Assembly: GCA_029953675.1 (NCBI GenBank)
Contig: JAMWBK010000010.1
Location: 62,001-126,000, forward strand
Length of the DNA: 64,000 bases
Direction of reading: 5' to 3'
Source of the DNA: Rhodosorus marinus CCMP1338
Taxonomy: Eukaryota > Plantae > Rhodophyta
Part shown: one piece after another, positions 12,401 through 25,300 of the stretch
How the letters are laid out: each line of letters opens with the position of its first letter
Position numbering within the stretch: position 1 is the stretch's first letter
Made by a program: the position numbers and the translations under genes
Notes under the pieces: model-generated
What the model saw: only the letters and a program-made list of their open reading frames with translations
Databases searched by the model: none
Told to the model about the DNA's origin: nothing

Positions 12401-13822
12401 GCCGAGAAGAATTTTAACCATCAGCACCGGCGCGTCCGTAAGCGCACCCTTTGACCTCTCCAATGACGACCAAGTGTTTCTCCAGTTTTTGTCCGACTGC
12501 TTCAACTAGGTCCTTCGCCACTATAAGAACCCGACCTTCCAGCTCGGCTAGCGCATATACAATAGCAGGGTTAACCGCAACTGCTCTATTTGCCGGAAGT
12601 GTCCAAGGCGTTGTCGTCCAGACCGCAACACTCAAAGCATCTGCCGCGGGGAGAGGGGATTAGGTTATGGTAGCCTATTATTTAAGAGGATGGACTTCGT
12701 ACCGGAATGCTTCTTGACCAGCTCATTTTCTGACTTATCAGCATCCATGACTGAGAAGGCAGCATAGACAGACCTCGAAATGTGTTCGTCTGGATATTCC
12801 AACTCCGCCTCTGCCAAGGCCGTCCGACTCGAGGGGCTCCAATGCACGGGTTTTTTACCACGGTAAATGTACCCTAGGTGTAGCCGTAGACGAAGAGGCA
12901 AGAATTTGTGGTCAGGTCTGTCCTATTCAAGGGCTGTGAAAGAAACAGGGATAACAGCTTGCGGAAGTCACCTTCCAAGAACATCTTCCCAAAAACCTCA
13001 ATCTGCGCTGCTTCATATTCCGGATTAAGGGTCAGATAGGGTGTGTCCCATGAAGCCCATACGCCGAGGCGCTGGAAGCTGGCCTTCTGACTCTCTATAG
13101 TTTTCAACGCAAACTCCTTCGCCTTCTTTCGAAGAGCGCTCGGGGTGAGATCTTTTCTCTCCTTCGATTTCAGAGACTGTAGTACCTTGAGCTCTATAGG
13201 TAACCCATGACAATCCCATCCTAAGTCACAATCCGAAATCATCGTAGCCGTCAGACGTGGTCCTGTTACAAGGTCACAGGATCAGATGAACTCTTACCCG
13301 GGATCAACGTCGCTTTCTTTCCCCGAAGCAGCTGGTAGCGATTCAGAAAGTCCTTGAGCACCTTGTTCAACGCATGGCCCATGTGAATGTCCCCATTCGC
13401 ATAAGGAGGTCCGTCATGAAGCGAATACACTTCCTTCGGGTTCTCAGAGGACAGTTTCTCGTACGTCTTGGAATCAGCCCAGAACTTCTGTATTTCCGGC
13501 TCTGTTTTTACCTGACGAGTTTCCAGACAACCAAACGATCCAGTCAGAATCCTAGGCCGTGATCGCCGGAACTCAGCTTGAGATGTTGTACGACAGCCCT
13601 CACCGCGTTCGCTCTCTGGTTAAAGTTCGTACTAGGCAGGTTCACGGTGTTCTTATAAAATCCAGAATCGGGATCTTCCTTCTTCTCTTTTCTCGCGCCC
13701 ATGACGATCCCATGCCTGGAAATCAACCTGTTGGAGCATTGGCGGTTTACCAGCGGGCCACGTCGAAGCACGCGGGGAACCCCGGCCGATGTAAAGCCTA
13801 GACATGACGACATCGGATCCAT
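9412..13822 (-). CDS. ileS: Isoleucyl-tRNA synthetase, bacterial type, organelle-targeted; many introns
   Basis: [25 protein letters not shown] (HIGH motif), [25 protein letters not shown]-terminal Zn finger KCDRCW...HPLLCDRC, and an N-terminal Ser/Arg-rich transit-like extension. Confidence 0.95.
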
Positions 13823-14824
13823 CTAACCCCCTTAAAACTTACTACTCAAATACCATAGATTTCTCAGTTCTGAAGAGCAGAAACCACACACCAACTCCCA
13901 ATCCACTTCCACCAAATCGAGATTCCCTCGTCATGAAGCCTAACGAATTGCTACAGCATGATGATTATATGATCATTCTTCGTTATTCAAATTTTCCCTC
14001 AAATTTCTGGGCTCCGTCAATCTCAATCTCCGCCGTGAAGAAAGCCTTGTGGTCGTTCGTTTCCTAATCAATTTAGCACTGACAGTTTCGCACCAACCCA
14101 GGGCGTCTTGGTAGCGCCCTCACGGAGCTCTCTTTGACCCTCTGGCGTTCCAACGCTGCTTGATTGTTGGACGCGCGTCATCAGCGTCTCGTTTCTCGCT
14201 TCTCAGGGTAGTTAAGCTCTGAATAAACGGAAGAGACGGTCGCCGCCGGAAAATGGCATTACCGCGCTTGGGGGAGGTGAACTTGCAAAATACATGAAAG
14301 CTAATTTCTTTACTGACCACGAGCAAACAAAGTCAATGCCTTGGTGAGATCGGTTACACATCCTCCCCTCGTCGTTGATCTTAAGAGTATCCTTGGGAAC
14401 GTGACGACTCATCGAGCTCAGGAGTGAGCAGTTCCTATTCTCCACTCGGGCAGTTGCAGGGCTGCGAAGATGTTAAGAAGTGCATCTCACAAGAGCCAGC
14501 TCTCCGATGGTCATCAGAAGGCCGGCGGAGAGTCCCCGATGTGTTCTGCCCTGCAAGAATCAAGAGCAACGCTTGCCTGGGCTGGGTTGACGAGGAGTTC
14601 AATGATCAAGCACAGTCCTCATCCGTTCATGGTCAGCGCTCCCAGGAAGTCAATCTAGTCCAATATTCCGACCAAAAAGAAGCAGTAATAGCGTTGCATG
14701 TCGACGAAGCGTGGCGTCGTGGACGTGATGTACAGTTACCCCAAAGAACAGTTCAGTCTGAAACGAAAAATGATATACAAACTATTTACTATAAATATTT
14801 TATTTTTTCCAGTTGTGGTAGATA

Positions 14825-14898
14825 GCTTTCGTAGCTCAGTTGGTTAGAGCGCCAGCCTAACATGCTGGAGGTCCCGAGTTCGAGCCTCGGCGAGAGTA
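14825..14898 (+). tRNA. trnV-AAC: tRNA-Val (anticodon AAC)
   Basis: Cloverleaf: acceptor GCTTTCG/CGAGAGT, D stem GCTC/GAGC, anticodon arm CCAGC-CTAACAT-GCTGG, T arm CCGAG-TTCGAGC-CTCGG, discriminator A. A T-run just downstream fits a Pol III terminator. Confidence 0.95.
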
Positions 14899-16270
14899 GG
14901 CTTTTACCTTTGGGCTTGGCAACGAACAACGTGAGCGCTTGTTTTGTTTTTTTTGTCGGGACGTGCTCATGTTGTGCGCAAGAAAAGATGGGAGGTGGAA
15001 GCCAAAATCAGTCCCTCTCAGGTTGCATTTTTGCGCTTTGCACGGGTGTGGTCAGTGCAACATGAGCTGACCTATGCCCAGAATTCGAGCCCCGTCCTCT
15101 GCTGCACATCCAACTTCTTCGCATGACATACCTTCGAGCAGTCAAATCGTTCTTGAACTTCTATTCTAAGCAAGTATGTCTGGGGAATACTTAGTAACCC
15201 AAGGTCCCATCCCGTCGCTTTCATTCAACGGGCAATTTGGACATCTGCATTTCTCTCTTTTCAGCCATGGAAACAGGGGGCCAGGTGCATGACCAAAACA
15301 AGTTTCGAAAACATTCAGTAGTTCAGTAGACGGTCTACAAAACAAATCAAAAGAACAACAGCCACGTAACAACGCCAAGTCCGGAGCGATCCTAATCGCA
15401 GTTGTCCCATGCTGTTTGCGACCCGGATCATTCAGCCATGAGAACAGAGGGCACAGTCACCAGTCGCACCCAATCAGCTCTGGGATGAACTAAGAAGTTC
15501 ATTTCCTCTCCAATACCAATGAGATGAGATTGTATAAACCATAATCCCGTCCGCAACAAGTGCCAACAGATAGGTCCTCGTTTTGAAAAGGTATTGTTCT
15601 TCCTGAAGAACCCTTCGAGAACCCTACCGGCCTCCGACGCAGCGGCGGTCGTAATTTATACGTTTGAGATTGCACGTGTGATGACACGCCTCAGGGACGT
15701 GGACGCTATTCGTTGTTCTCGCGATCGTAATCGGCTTTCCAATGGAGACGGGGTCTAGCCTGACTTTTTCAGTTCAGGAGCAAAAGAATCTCAAGGCCGT
15801 CAGTGGTGGATAACGACTGGAACAACACACACCCCTGAAGTAAAGGTTGGACCTTTACGGAAATGCTATTAAAGGGGGGGTTGTGACTAGCTTCTGTTTC
15901 ACCCTATTTGTAGATCAAAAGAAATGCTGACCATAAACTTTCAGTCTTTTTGCAGCTCACCCTTTAGGTGAGCTGCTTGTATCGACATGTTTCTTGTCAG
16001 GAGGATTTGATCCCTCCGGGGAATTCACTCTGGAACGAAGCAGTCAGCGCACACTGGAATCTGCTCATTGTTATTCCCAAACGGTTCAAACAGATTTTAA
16101 ACCCGCGAGGGAAGCTTTCGTTGGAAAACACAGCCTGAGAACGTGCGGTTCTTACAAATGATCGGGAAGCGCATGCTTCTGAGAGCATTATTTTTTGTAG
16201 TTGCCGAATCGCCATGCCTCCAAATGTCTAGTTGGGGGTGGCGTTCACACGGAATGGAGAAGAGGAGAGA

Positions 16271-19200
16271 ATGAGGGCAATAATCGGGTTGCGACTGCAT
16301 TCTCGCTCTCTGTCGTCGCTGGCGGTTGATACGAGCATCCCAGCGGCAGCGGAAGAGCTTCGGCTGGCGGTTGAAGGAACCAAGGGGAACCTTGTTCGGC
16401 TTTTGAGGCTGTTCGAGAACCGCAAGAAATGCATCGGAGTAAGAGATCAGAAGCAGGTAGGTGAGAGACATCCCTATAGTATGGCCCAACGAGACGACTG
16501 ACGTTCCATCGCGGGTTGAAACGGGTTGAAACGGGTTGAAATAGGTTGCTAAAGAACTGCTCCAAGAAACATCCAGAAGCTATGGGTCCATGACAACGGT
16601 TCAGCTTTTCAATTTGCTGAAGCGGGGAAGCCCTGCCTTTATCGTACCTGAACACTATGATCTGGTTACAGCAACCTGCGAACGGGCTGGCGATGCCACC
16701 TCGGCCGTGGACCTACTATCTGATATGTCTAAAAGGGGATTTGATCTCACACCAGCCGCAGTAGTGCAGACCGCTCATGTCGTCGCTGAACATGGTTTGT
16801 CACCAAGCCTTGCCTGAAACAGTAGTGACTGCGGCTGACTCACGCTAGATGGATTCCCATTCTAAACAAATGCCTCATGCAGGTGGTTCCTTGCAAAAGA
16901 AAACTCTCCTCAAGATGCTGGAAGAATTTGGACTGGCTCGCGATCCCCGACTCGTCCCTGCGTTCGTACACGCAGACATAGCGAAGGGCAACCTCGAAAA
17001 AGCTTGGAAAAGGTTCCAGGAGATGAACTCCAACCACAGACCTTTGCCACTCTACCAGGGTTTGATTCGACTGTGTGCTGAGAAGCAGCAACCGCGACTG
17101 CTAGAAGAGCTTGAACTGGTATGTGCGCGAAAGGATGCACTTCCTCTCGCTAGTTTTTGCAAGCTCTCAAGAGGTCGCACTTCCTTGCTTGCTAACACCG
17201 ATGTGTCAAAAAAAAAACCTAGGCCTTAAACCGCTCCAACAAGGTCACGGATAACAGCCTCCTCTTCGAATTGATGAAAGCTCATACCGATCTATGTCAA
17301 CTGGAGGTAGCGCATCTTCTTCAACAGTTATTTTATGCGTTCGAGTCATTGCCTTCCTAAAAACAGAATGCAATGAAGGATTGAACGGGAGGTCTGTGCT
17401 CCAGCTAAGCTTGCTTTCGCGTGTACCCTGTGCATAGGAGCTGAGTAGGTACTCCAGTATCATCGAACGACAGAGCCAAAAGTCAGACTCCAGAACCTAT
17501 TCGGTTCTGATGCGCGCGAATATCATTGCCGGGAAGTTCGATGAGGCGGAGAGCATTGGTGCATCTGTGAAACGAGCTGGGATACCCGAACAGCCTGAAT
17601 TCCATAGCCAGCTACTGCAGCTTCAAATTCGACAGGGGAAGATAAAGAAATCGGAACAGATAGATCAGTTCATGCTTGAGCAGAATGCCGATCAAAATCA
17701 TGCGGCTGTGCGATCTAGCAAGGTCTTTTCCCTTGCCATGCTTGGTGATAAGCAAGGTAGGCTCGCTTCCGGGAAGAAAATTCGGACTCGTTTGACTCAT
17801 GTTTTTTTTTAACCTGTTATGTTATGATGCTAAACTCATCCCCGGCCCCAGGAGTATCCCATCTCCTTGAGGATCTTGAAACCGGCGCCGACGTTCATGC
17901 TCTCAGCTGGAACGCCGCTATAGAGGGCTCAGCGCTGAATGGAGACCTTGTGTGGATGGAAGATCTACAATTGGAGGCGGAAAAGCGAGGGCTGAAAGTG
18001 ACGAAGCGCATGTATCTGAACCTTTTGAAAGGATACAGTCGAGCCGGAAAATTGGAAATTTGCCTGGACGTGTTGGACGAAGCCGTCAGGATGGGCTTGA
18101 ACCTCGGGGCTGAGCAGCACGCTAGTCTCGCAATTGCAAGGGCCCGCTGCGGGGACGTCCCCGGGGCAATAGAGCTGTGTGTCAAGAAGGCTTCTTGGTC
18201 TCGCGAAGCTGCAAATGCGATCTTGCTCGCGACTTCAACTGAGAATGAACGGGAAGCAAATTCTTGGTTTCAGCGGATGAAACAGAGTGTTGGAGTTGAT
18301 GACACTTCATACAACTGTATGCTCGACATGTATGCTAGCAATGGAGGTACGAGGAAAACTCACAAGTAGCACGAACCATTTCTTCCGGGCCGCCACTTGA
18401 GTTGTTGCTTTTTACGCCGAAGACTTGAGATTAGCAAACTCAGTTCATAGGGGCTGTCTTTTTTTGACTTTGGCCGTCGCACCTTCTCTCTGCTGAATCA
18501 CTCTTGCTTTGCAGATGTAGCAGGTATATCAGAGCTCGCAGAGCAAATGGCGGAGAACAGGAGGTCTATGGCGGAGACCATCAAAAAGGCCCTGTGGCGT
18601 GCACATCTCAAACGGAAAGACCACAAGTGGTTTGCAGAGCAAGTCGAGGAGATTGAAAAGGAGGGGAAAGAAGTACCCGCAGAACTCCTGCTTCTGCACC
18701 TCGAGACACTGTTGAAGAGCGGGCGGCATGAAGAGTTCTCGGTGGTTCTGGACAAACTACGATCCGCCGACGACGGCACCAAGCTCAACGCATACCACAT
18801 GCTGTTCCGCAATCTTCGTCATAGGCGTGCGAGCGTAGACAGCTGTCTCGCTCGTCTGCGGGAAATGGACGAGGAATTCTTGCGTCCCGACCTACAATGC
18901 CTAGACGAGATTGTTCTCCTCAGCGCAGAAGGCGATAGTGTTGGGGCTCTCCATCGTGTTCTATCGCACTTGAAGGTCCAATACAACCTCGCACCAAATA
19001 GAGCCACTCGACTGAGAGTCGTCAGGGCTTTGGTGAAAGCTGGACTGCATGCGAAAGTTATGCAAGTGTTTGATGAGATGATCCCCGACGAACCGGAAGA
19101 AAGCCATGTGCTACTGTTTGATGATGATCGACTGATTGCCCTCTGCTTAACGGATGAGCTGTTCGAAGCCAAGCAGTGCACGACCAAGCTGATGAGCAGT

Positions 19201-20605
19201 GGTGTCGATTTAATGAGCGATAGCGCGGCGGAAGCATTCATTTTGCTTCTAGCAAGGCACGGGGAGATGAAAGGTGAGGATGGCAATGAACGATTTTTTA
19301 GTCCGAAACCGAACAAGGGTGGTGCCCCGTTGAAATTTTGTGAGGCTCATGCATCTGAACTGTAGCCGTTCTCTACTGCCGCTGTGTAGAAGCGATGGAT
19401 TTCATGAAACAGCAAGCAAGGGTTTCACGTGTTCGAGCGAATGTCGTTTACAGTGCACTACAAGGCCAAGCTCTTGGCGAACTAAAAGCCACAACTCCGC
19501 AGAGGTGGGAGAGGCAGAGTTTTTCCAATGCACGAGACGCAGCATGGACAGCGATGGTTGTGAGATCGATTGGGACACAGTCCATGGAATCAATCGACCA
19601 GCTGATTACGGAGGTCGAAGAACACGGTGGCAAGATGGATCCTATCGCGTATCAACTTGTCCTGGAAGCCGCTGTTAAGGAGATTTCCAGTGTAACGTCA
19701 CTGAAGAGAAAAGTAGAGCTCTTCGACTATACCATATCCCTGCACAAGAGGATGAGGGACTCCAAGGTTCAAGAAACAGTGGACATGTATCAAATCTTGT
19801 TGGACCTGTACTCCTCCGAACCCCGTCAACCGAGAAAGCTTTTGTGTAAGTCAGAGCTGTTGTACTGCCCAGCCCCGCCCAACAGTAGTGGCAGTCCTTA
19901 CTTCACGGGAACAAGCGTTTGTTCTCATGCTTCATCTCTTGTCTCATGTAACGAACAGTGATTGAGAGAGTACCGGAGAGAATGAGCCTTGCCGGCCTTA
20001 CGCCCACTGACGAAATCTTGGCAGGGATGATCGTTGCTTTTGGGCGGCAGGGTGCATTAGACCAAGCTGAGGCGCTTTATTGGTCTTTGAAGGAGCGTAG
20101 TGCTGGAGTTACGCAGGCGATGATGAAGGCCCTTAACGGTGCCAGGAGATGGCAGGATGTCTTAACCATTTTCAAGCGAGCCACAGGTGATGGGGCAATG
20201 TCGAACTTGAACGAGTCAGCTCTGATTCAGGTAGTTATGGCACATGCCGATCACAAGAAGGACCCCGCAGGACTGCGAAAGTTGATCAAGGAGATGGAGG
20301 GCAGAGGTCTACCAGTTGGCGGGGCACTTCGAAGAGTATTCATTCGCGCCCTCGGGCGGTTGGGTGAAGCGGACGCAGCGTACGAGGAGACGTGCGCTAC
20401 GCTTTTCACGGATCCGCACGAAGTAGAGGAGCTTTTCAGGGCAGCTTTGCACAGCGCGCGATATAGGCCTGATTTGAAGCTTAAGCTACTTCGTCAATTC
20501 AGCATCAGATACCCTCGCAAAAATTGGGAGAGCTTTGATCTCTTCCTTGACCCGAATTCGATCGTAGAGCCTGAGGACTTTGTCGACGATGAAGCTGACT
20601 TGTAA
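16271..20605 (+). CDS. Large pentatricopeptide-repeat (PPR) protein with a mitochondrial-like presequence, multi-exon
   Basis: N-terminus MRAIIGLRLHSRSLSSLA. PPR-like repeats include WNAAIEGSALNGDL, MYLNLLKGYSRAGKLEICLDVLDEAVRMGL, SYNCMLDMYASNG and ILAGMIVAFGRQGALDQAEALY. Confidence 0.8.
16512..16541. repeat. 10-bp tandem repeat x3 inside the first predicted PPR intron
   Basis: cgggttgaaa repeated three times immediately before the AG acceptor at 16543-16544. Confidence 0.85.
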
Positions 20606-22351
20606 GAACAGAGTTGATGACAACTAATGAAAATATCGTTCCAATGCGACGTGTAAATAAAGAAGGCTTCTTCGGCTGCGAACACAGCTCCCAAGTTCAA
20701 AGCCCGCCACAAAATATACCGCCAAGGTCATGAGAGTATATACAAACACGCAAATCAAGAAGGTTGTTTTTCACGCAACAAACACGGCTCATTTTCAGCA
20801 AGAAAGCGGCGGAGGCTCCGTGAATGAACGAACCATAGCGCCATGCCGACGGCCCGGCAACATCCTTCTTTCTTGGGAAAGTGAAATCAGAAATACCCTC
20901 GGGTCATATTTCTAACTGTGCCAGACGAGCATCTATCAAGTTTTTTGATTGATTCCAGCTTTTCGTTCACAACCTGCCCGCTGTTCATTCATGCAGACCC
21001 CCGCTTGGTGTTTACTGGAGCAGTGTCAGCCGAGATCTGTTCGTTTTTCATCCGGTTTATTGTAATCAGTCCTATTTCATTCACATGTATATGCCCAGGA
21101 TGGTGGGAATGGGTGGAGGCGTTACGATAGACTGGATGGTGGATGGTGGGGGATAGGAGCGAGATTCAACTTGAGTGTTGACTAGTTAGCTTTGTTGGCT
21201 GCATCAACCAAGTGCTTGGAGTTCTACTCCGGTCTTGGTAGGCCAGTACCAAGCGATACATAAGTTTCCCATGGTCACAGCCTTGCGGATTCCCCTCTCA
21301 AAAGCAATAGATTAAAACCCATGAACTGATCCTGCTATCTCTCTTTCAAGCCCTTACTTCCTCAAAAGGATAAAACAGAAACCTAGGACCTTGGTAATAC
21401 AACTACACCAACCAAAACTCCCCTCGCGTTTTGGAAAACGCTGTGGCCATGGAGGCGTACAGCTTACAAAAGCGGACTTTCCGAAGGCTTCGCGCTCTCC
21501 TCACCCGCTCTCACTATTCATTCAAAAAAGAGGTGTTCTTCCAACGGAGCACCCACACCACTTCAAATGACCCAAAATGGCTTTTCTTTTTAGTCCATTC
21601 ATCAACATCCAATCAGCTCGATTTGTGAAATTCTCCAACTACCAATCCCTATCCAAGATTCTTCAAATATATCAAATAATATACTAAAATACATATTTGG
21701 TTGGCCCGAAATCCAATCACCGCCCCTGGTAAACACCTTTCAAGATCAAGAAATAGGGTCTTAAAATATGACGAGTTCCAACAAATCGAGTTCGTCCGTG
21801 GTCATCATTTTTTCTCCAAATTCCCAGATTGACAAAAATATTCATAATCATGAGATTGCACCACATGTTTATTTAATTTTATAAATAAAATGGCATTTGA
21901 AATGTGCATAATTATGACCTTGGATTTTTTTGTGGCCTTGGCTGGTCGTTTAGTAGAATGCTTGATTGGTTGTTACTTTTTCTATAGATGCAAATATGAA
22001 GACGCTGAAATGGATCAATTCTCGATTTGTCCATTGCTGTTCTGAGCACAGAGATGGAAGCCACCGCGCCAGGTTTCTCATACGGGAGGATGCACGCCTC
22101 GGCGGTACTTTATCTGAAGTAAGCAAGGCTGGAGTGGATATAAGGATCAATCGAACGTACTGATTGAAATAGATAGAGAAACGGGATCGGCGATTCGAAT
22201 GATTGTTTGAATTTGTGGGTTAGCACATCTCCGAATGGGAAATCTGAGTTTGGTTTTGGTTTGCTTTGGGACCGGATATGGATCTGTATATAAAAAACAT
22301 TGTTGAACTCCAGGATAAGGACCACCGGATTCCTGTTGAGTGTGTAACGGG

Positions 22352-25300
22352 ATGAAGGCGGATATGGACTGTGTAGGATCTGGTAGGTCCATTTGCTTTC
22401 TTGGAGCGTTGAATGTTGAGATGATTCGGAGGCTCGTTCAGAGAAGACGCGGAGCCTGGGTTGCGGCTAGGAAAGGGCGGTACTTGTCAAGTTTGAAAGC
22501 GACGTTCACAGTCGATACGGACTTGGAGCCCACCGCGGATCAGCCACAGGCAATTGATGCCGCGTCGGAGTACTTGAGGGGTAACAATTTTACCCTGCTG
22601 AAGGGAGCGACGGGGACAGGCAAAACCTTTGTGATGGCTCATACCATCGCTCGCACTAAGAAACCGACATTAATTCTCTCGCACAACAAGACTCTAGCCG
22701 CTCAGCTAGCAAGAGAACTTCGATCCTTCCTCCCGAACAGTGCTGTGGAACTGTTCATCTCCTACTATGACAGCTTCCAACCCGAGGCCTACAACCCAAA
22801 GTCCGGTACCTACATCGCCAAGTTGGCCACTGTGAACAAGGAGATCGATGCTCTCAGGCATCGAGCAACAAAAGCCCTAGTGGAGCGCGAGGATGTCGTT
22901 ATAGTGGCATCTGTTTCATGTATTTATGGACTCGGACTGCCCAAAGAGTACCTGCAGTCTGTGAAACATTTCGAGGTTGGACAAGTCATCACCATGGAGG
23001 AGATTGTAGCTCAAGTTCAGGAGCTCATGTACGAAATGGTCAGGACGCCACTAGACCTCAAGCAGGCGTGTTTCTACTCGACGGGCTCGGACGAGATTTC
23101 CGTTTGGCCCCCTTACCTCAGTGCACCGATTCGAATTGCCCTGGAGCACGGTACGATTCGTTCCATCCTGGCCCTCGACACTCGCGAGTTTCATGGCAAC
23201 ACGCAGCTGGCCTTCCCGGATGCGGGCAACGTCTCAACAAACGACAAGAAACTTGTTCTGTATCCCGCAAGACACCATGTCACGCCAGAATCTCGTCGCG
23301 AGGAGGCAGCGACGAGAATCCGCGCGGAGATGGAGCACAGAGTGGAGGAGCTCATACAGGAGGGCCAAGGCGATGCGGCTGAAAGATTGCGAACAAGAAC
23401 TACTGAAGACATGAAAATGTTGGAGGAGCTGGGCTTTTGTGCGGGGGTGGAGAACTACTCGAGGCATCTCGCACTCCGTGACGAAGGCGATCCTCCAGAC
23501 ACGCTGATCACGTTTTACAACGAGGCTTTCGGAGCAAAGAAGTGGCTGCTCATTGTTGACGAGAGCCATGTAGCACTCCCGCAACTCTGCGCGATGTATC
23601 GCGGCGATCGCAAGCGGAAGGAAACGCTGGTCAGGCACGGTTTCAGGTAAGGGCCTTACCGGGCGAGAAGCCACGTTGGTGAAGTGTCCATGGCGCTCTT
23701 ATCTGATCTCGACGTTCATTAACGCTCTGCGCAGGCTGCCTTCGGCTCTGGATAACCGCCCTCTAAAGGAATCCGAATTCTGGGACATGATCGAATCAGC
23801 TATGTTTGTGTCTGCGACACCGAGCAAGAAGGAATTGGCAATGTCCAAACACAGTATTGTTGAGATGGCAATTAGACCCACCGGGGTCATGGATCCCAAG
23901 ATCGAGATTGCGAAAACCGAAAATCAGCTCGAACAAGTCGTTCGGGAGGTAAGGACTGGGGAACACATAGAGTCGGGCTCGCTTACAGAAGAGCATGCGC
24001 AGATCGTTCTCACGAGCTCCAATTCGTTTTGCTCCGGACAGATTGGGGACAGAGCAGAGAGGGATGAGCGGACACTTGTGATGGCAATCACGAAGCGAGA
24101 TGCAGAGGACCTCGCGGAGTATCTGCAAAGCAGAGGAGTGAAAGCCGCGTACCTCCATTCTGGCTTGAAAATTGTGCAGCGGTCTGAAGTAATCTCAAGA
24201 CTTCAGCGAGCTGACATTGACTGCATTGTCGGGGTGAATCTGCTACGGGAAGGAATAGACCTCCCGGAAGTATCCCTTGTTTGCATTATGGACGCGGACA
24301 AGCAAGGGTTTCTGCGGTCCAAGTCCAGCCTGCTTCAAATGGTTGGCAGGGCGGCGCGGCACGTGAATGGTACGGCCGTTTTCTTCGCGGACAAGACCTC
24401 GCCGGCGATGCGAGAATGTATGGCCGAGACAGATGTGCGCAGAGCAAAACAGCTTCGATATCTCGTTGAGAATGACCTACAGCCGACTTCCGCGAGGGGA
24501 AGGGAAGTCGCCTCGATATTCGAAATGGAGAAGGAGAATCGAACGGATGGCGAAGTTGATGGAATGGACTGGGAAGCGGTATCACGAGCTCTCGAGGAGC
24601 ACAAGCAGAGGAAGAGAGCGAGTAAGGATGACAACCTCTCCTCGAATGGTAATGCAAAAGACGGTGACGAGGAAAAGTCTTTACCACGCTACATGCCGGC
24701 CCACGTGGCTAGCTTGAAACAGCAAATCAAGTCTCTGCCCGTGAAAACTGGAGTGTACATGTGGAAGTCGGGTAGTGACGAGGACGCGGAGATCTTGTAC
24801 ATAGGAAAGGCGAAGAACTTGAGGTCCAGGGTGAGCTCGTATCTTCGAGAAACGGCAGTTACCACTCGAGGGACACGCTTGGCGGCCATGCTTAACCGTG
24901 CCAGAACTATAGACGTCGTGGTGACCCCTGGAGGAGAACGAGATGCGCTGCTGCTTGAATCTGACCTGATCAAGAAGCACCGGCCACTGTACAATGTGTT
25001 GCTCAGAGATTCGAGGTATTATCCGTTTATTGTGATAACGGAGAAGACAGACAAACAGCTGCCAAAGCTTATGACCTCAGTTCGTTCGGACCTGGAGGGG
25101 GCCCGGTACTTTGGCCCGTTCACGTCACCTGCAGCACTCCGGAGAGTCATAGAACTCCTCGAGGCAGCGCTGAACTTGAGGCACCTGAGATTCCAGCTTC
25201 GTTTTGGTGGTGAGAGCGTTGAGGGGGAGTACTTGGAAGCGGTCGCAATGGCAACCAGAATTTTAGAGGGAGACACTCTTAGCGTGGCTAGGGAATTGTT

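Noticed and set aside
23949-24041. Apparent 31-aa insertion in UvrB in the ORF track
   Set aside because: It is a stop-free 93-nt GT-AG intron. Removing it restores the normal UvrB spacing.
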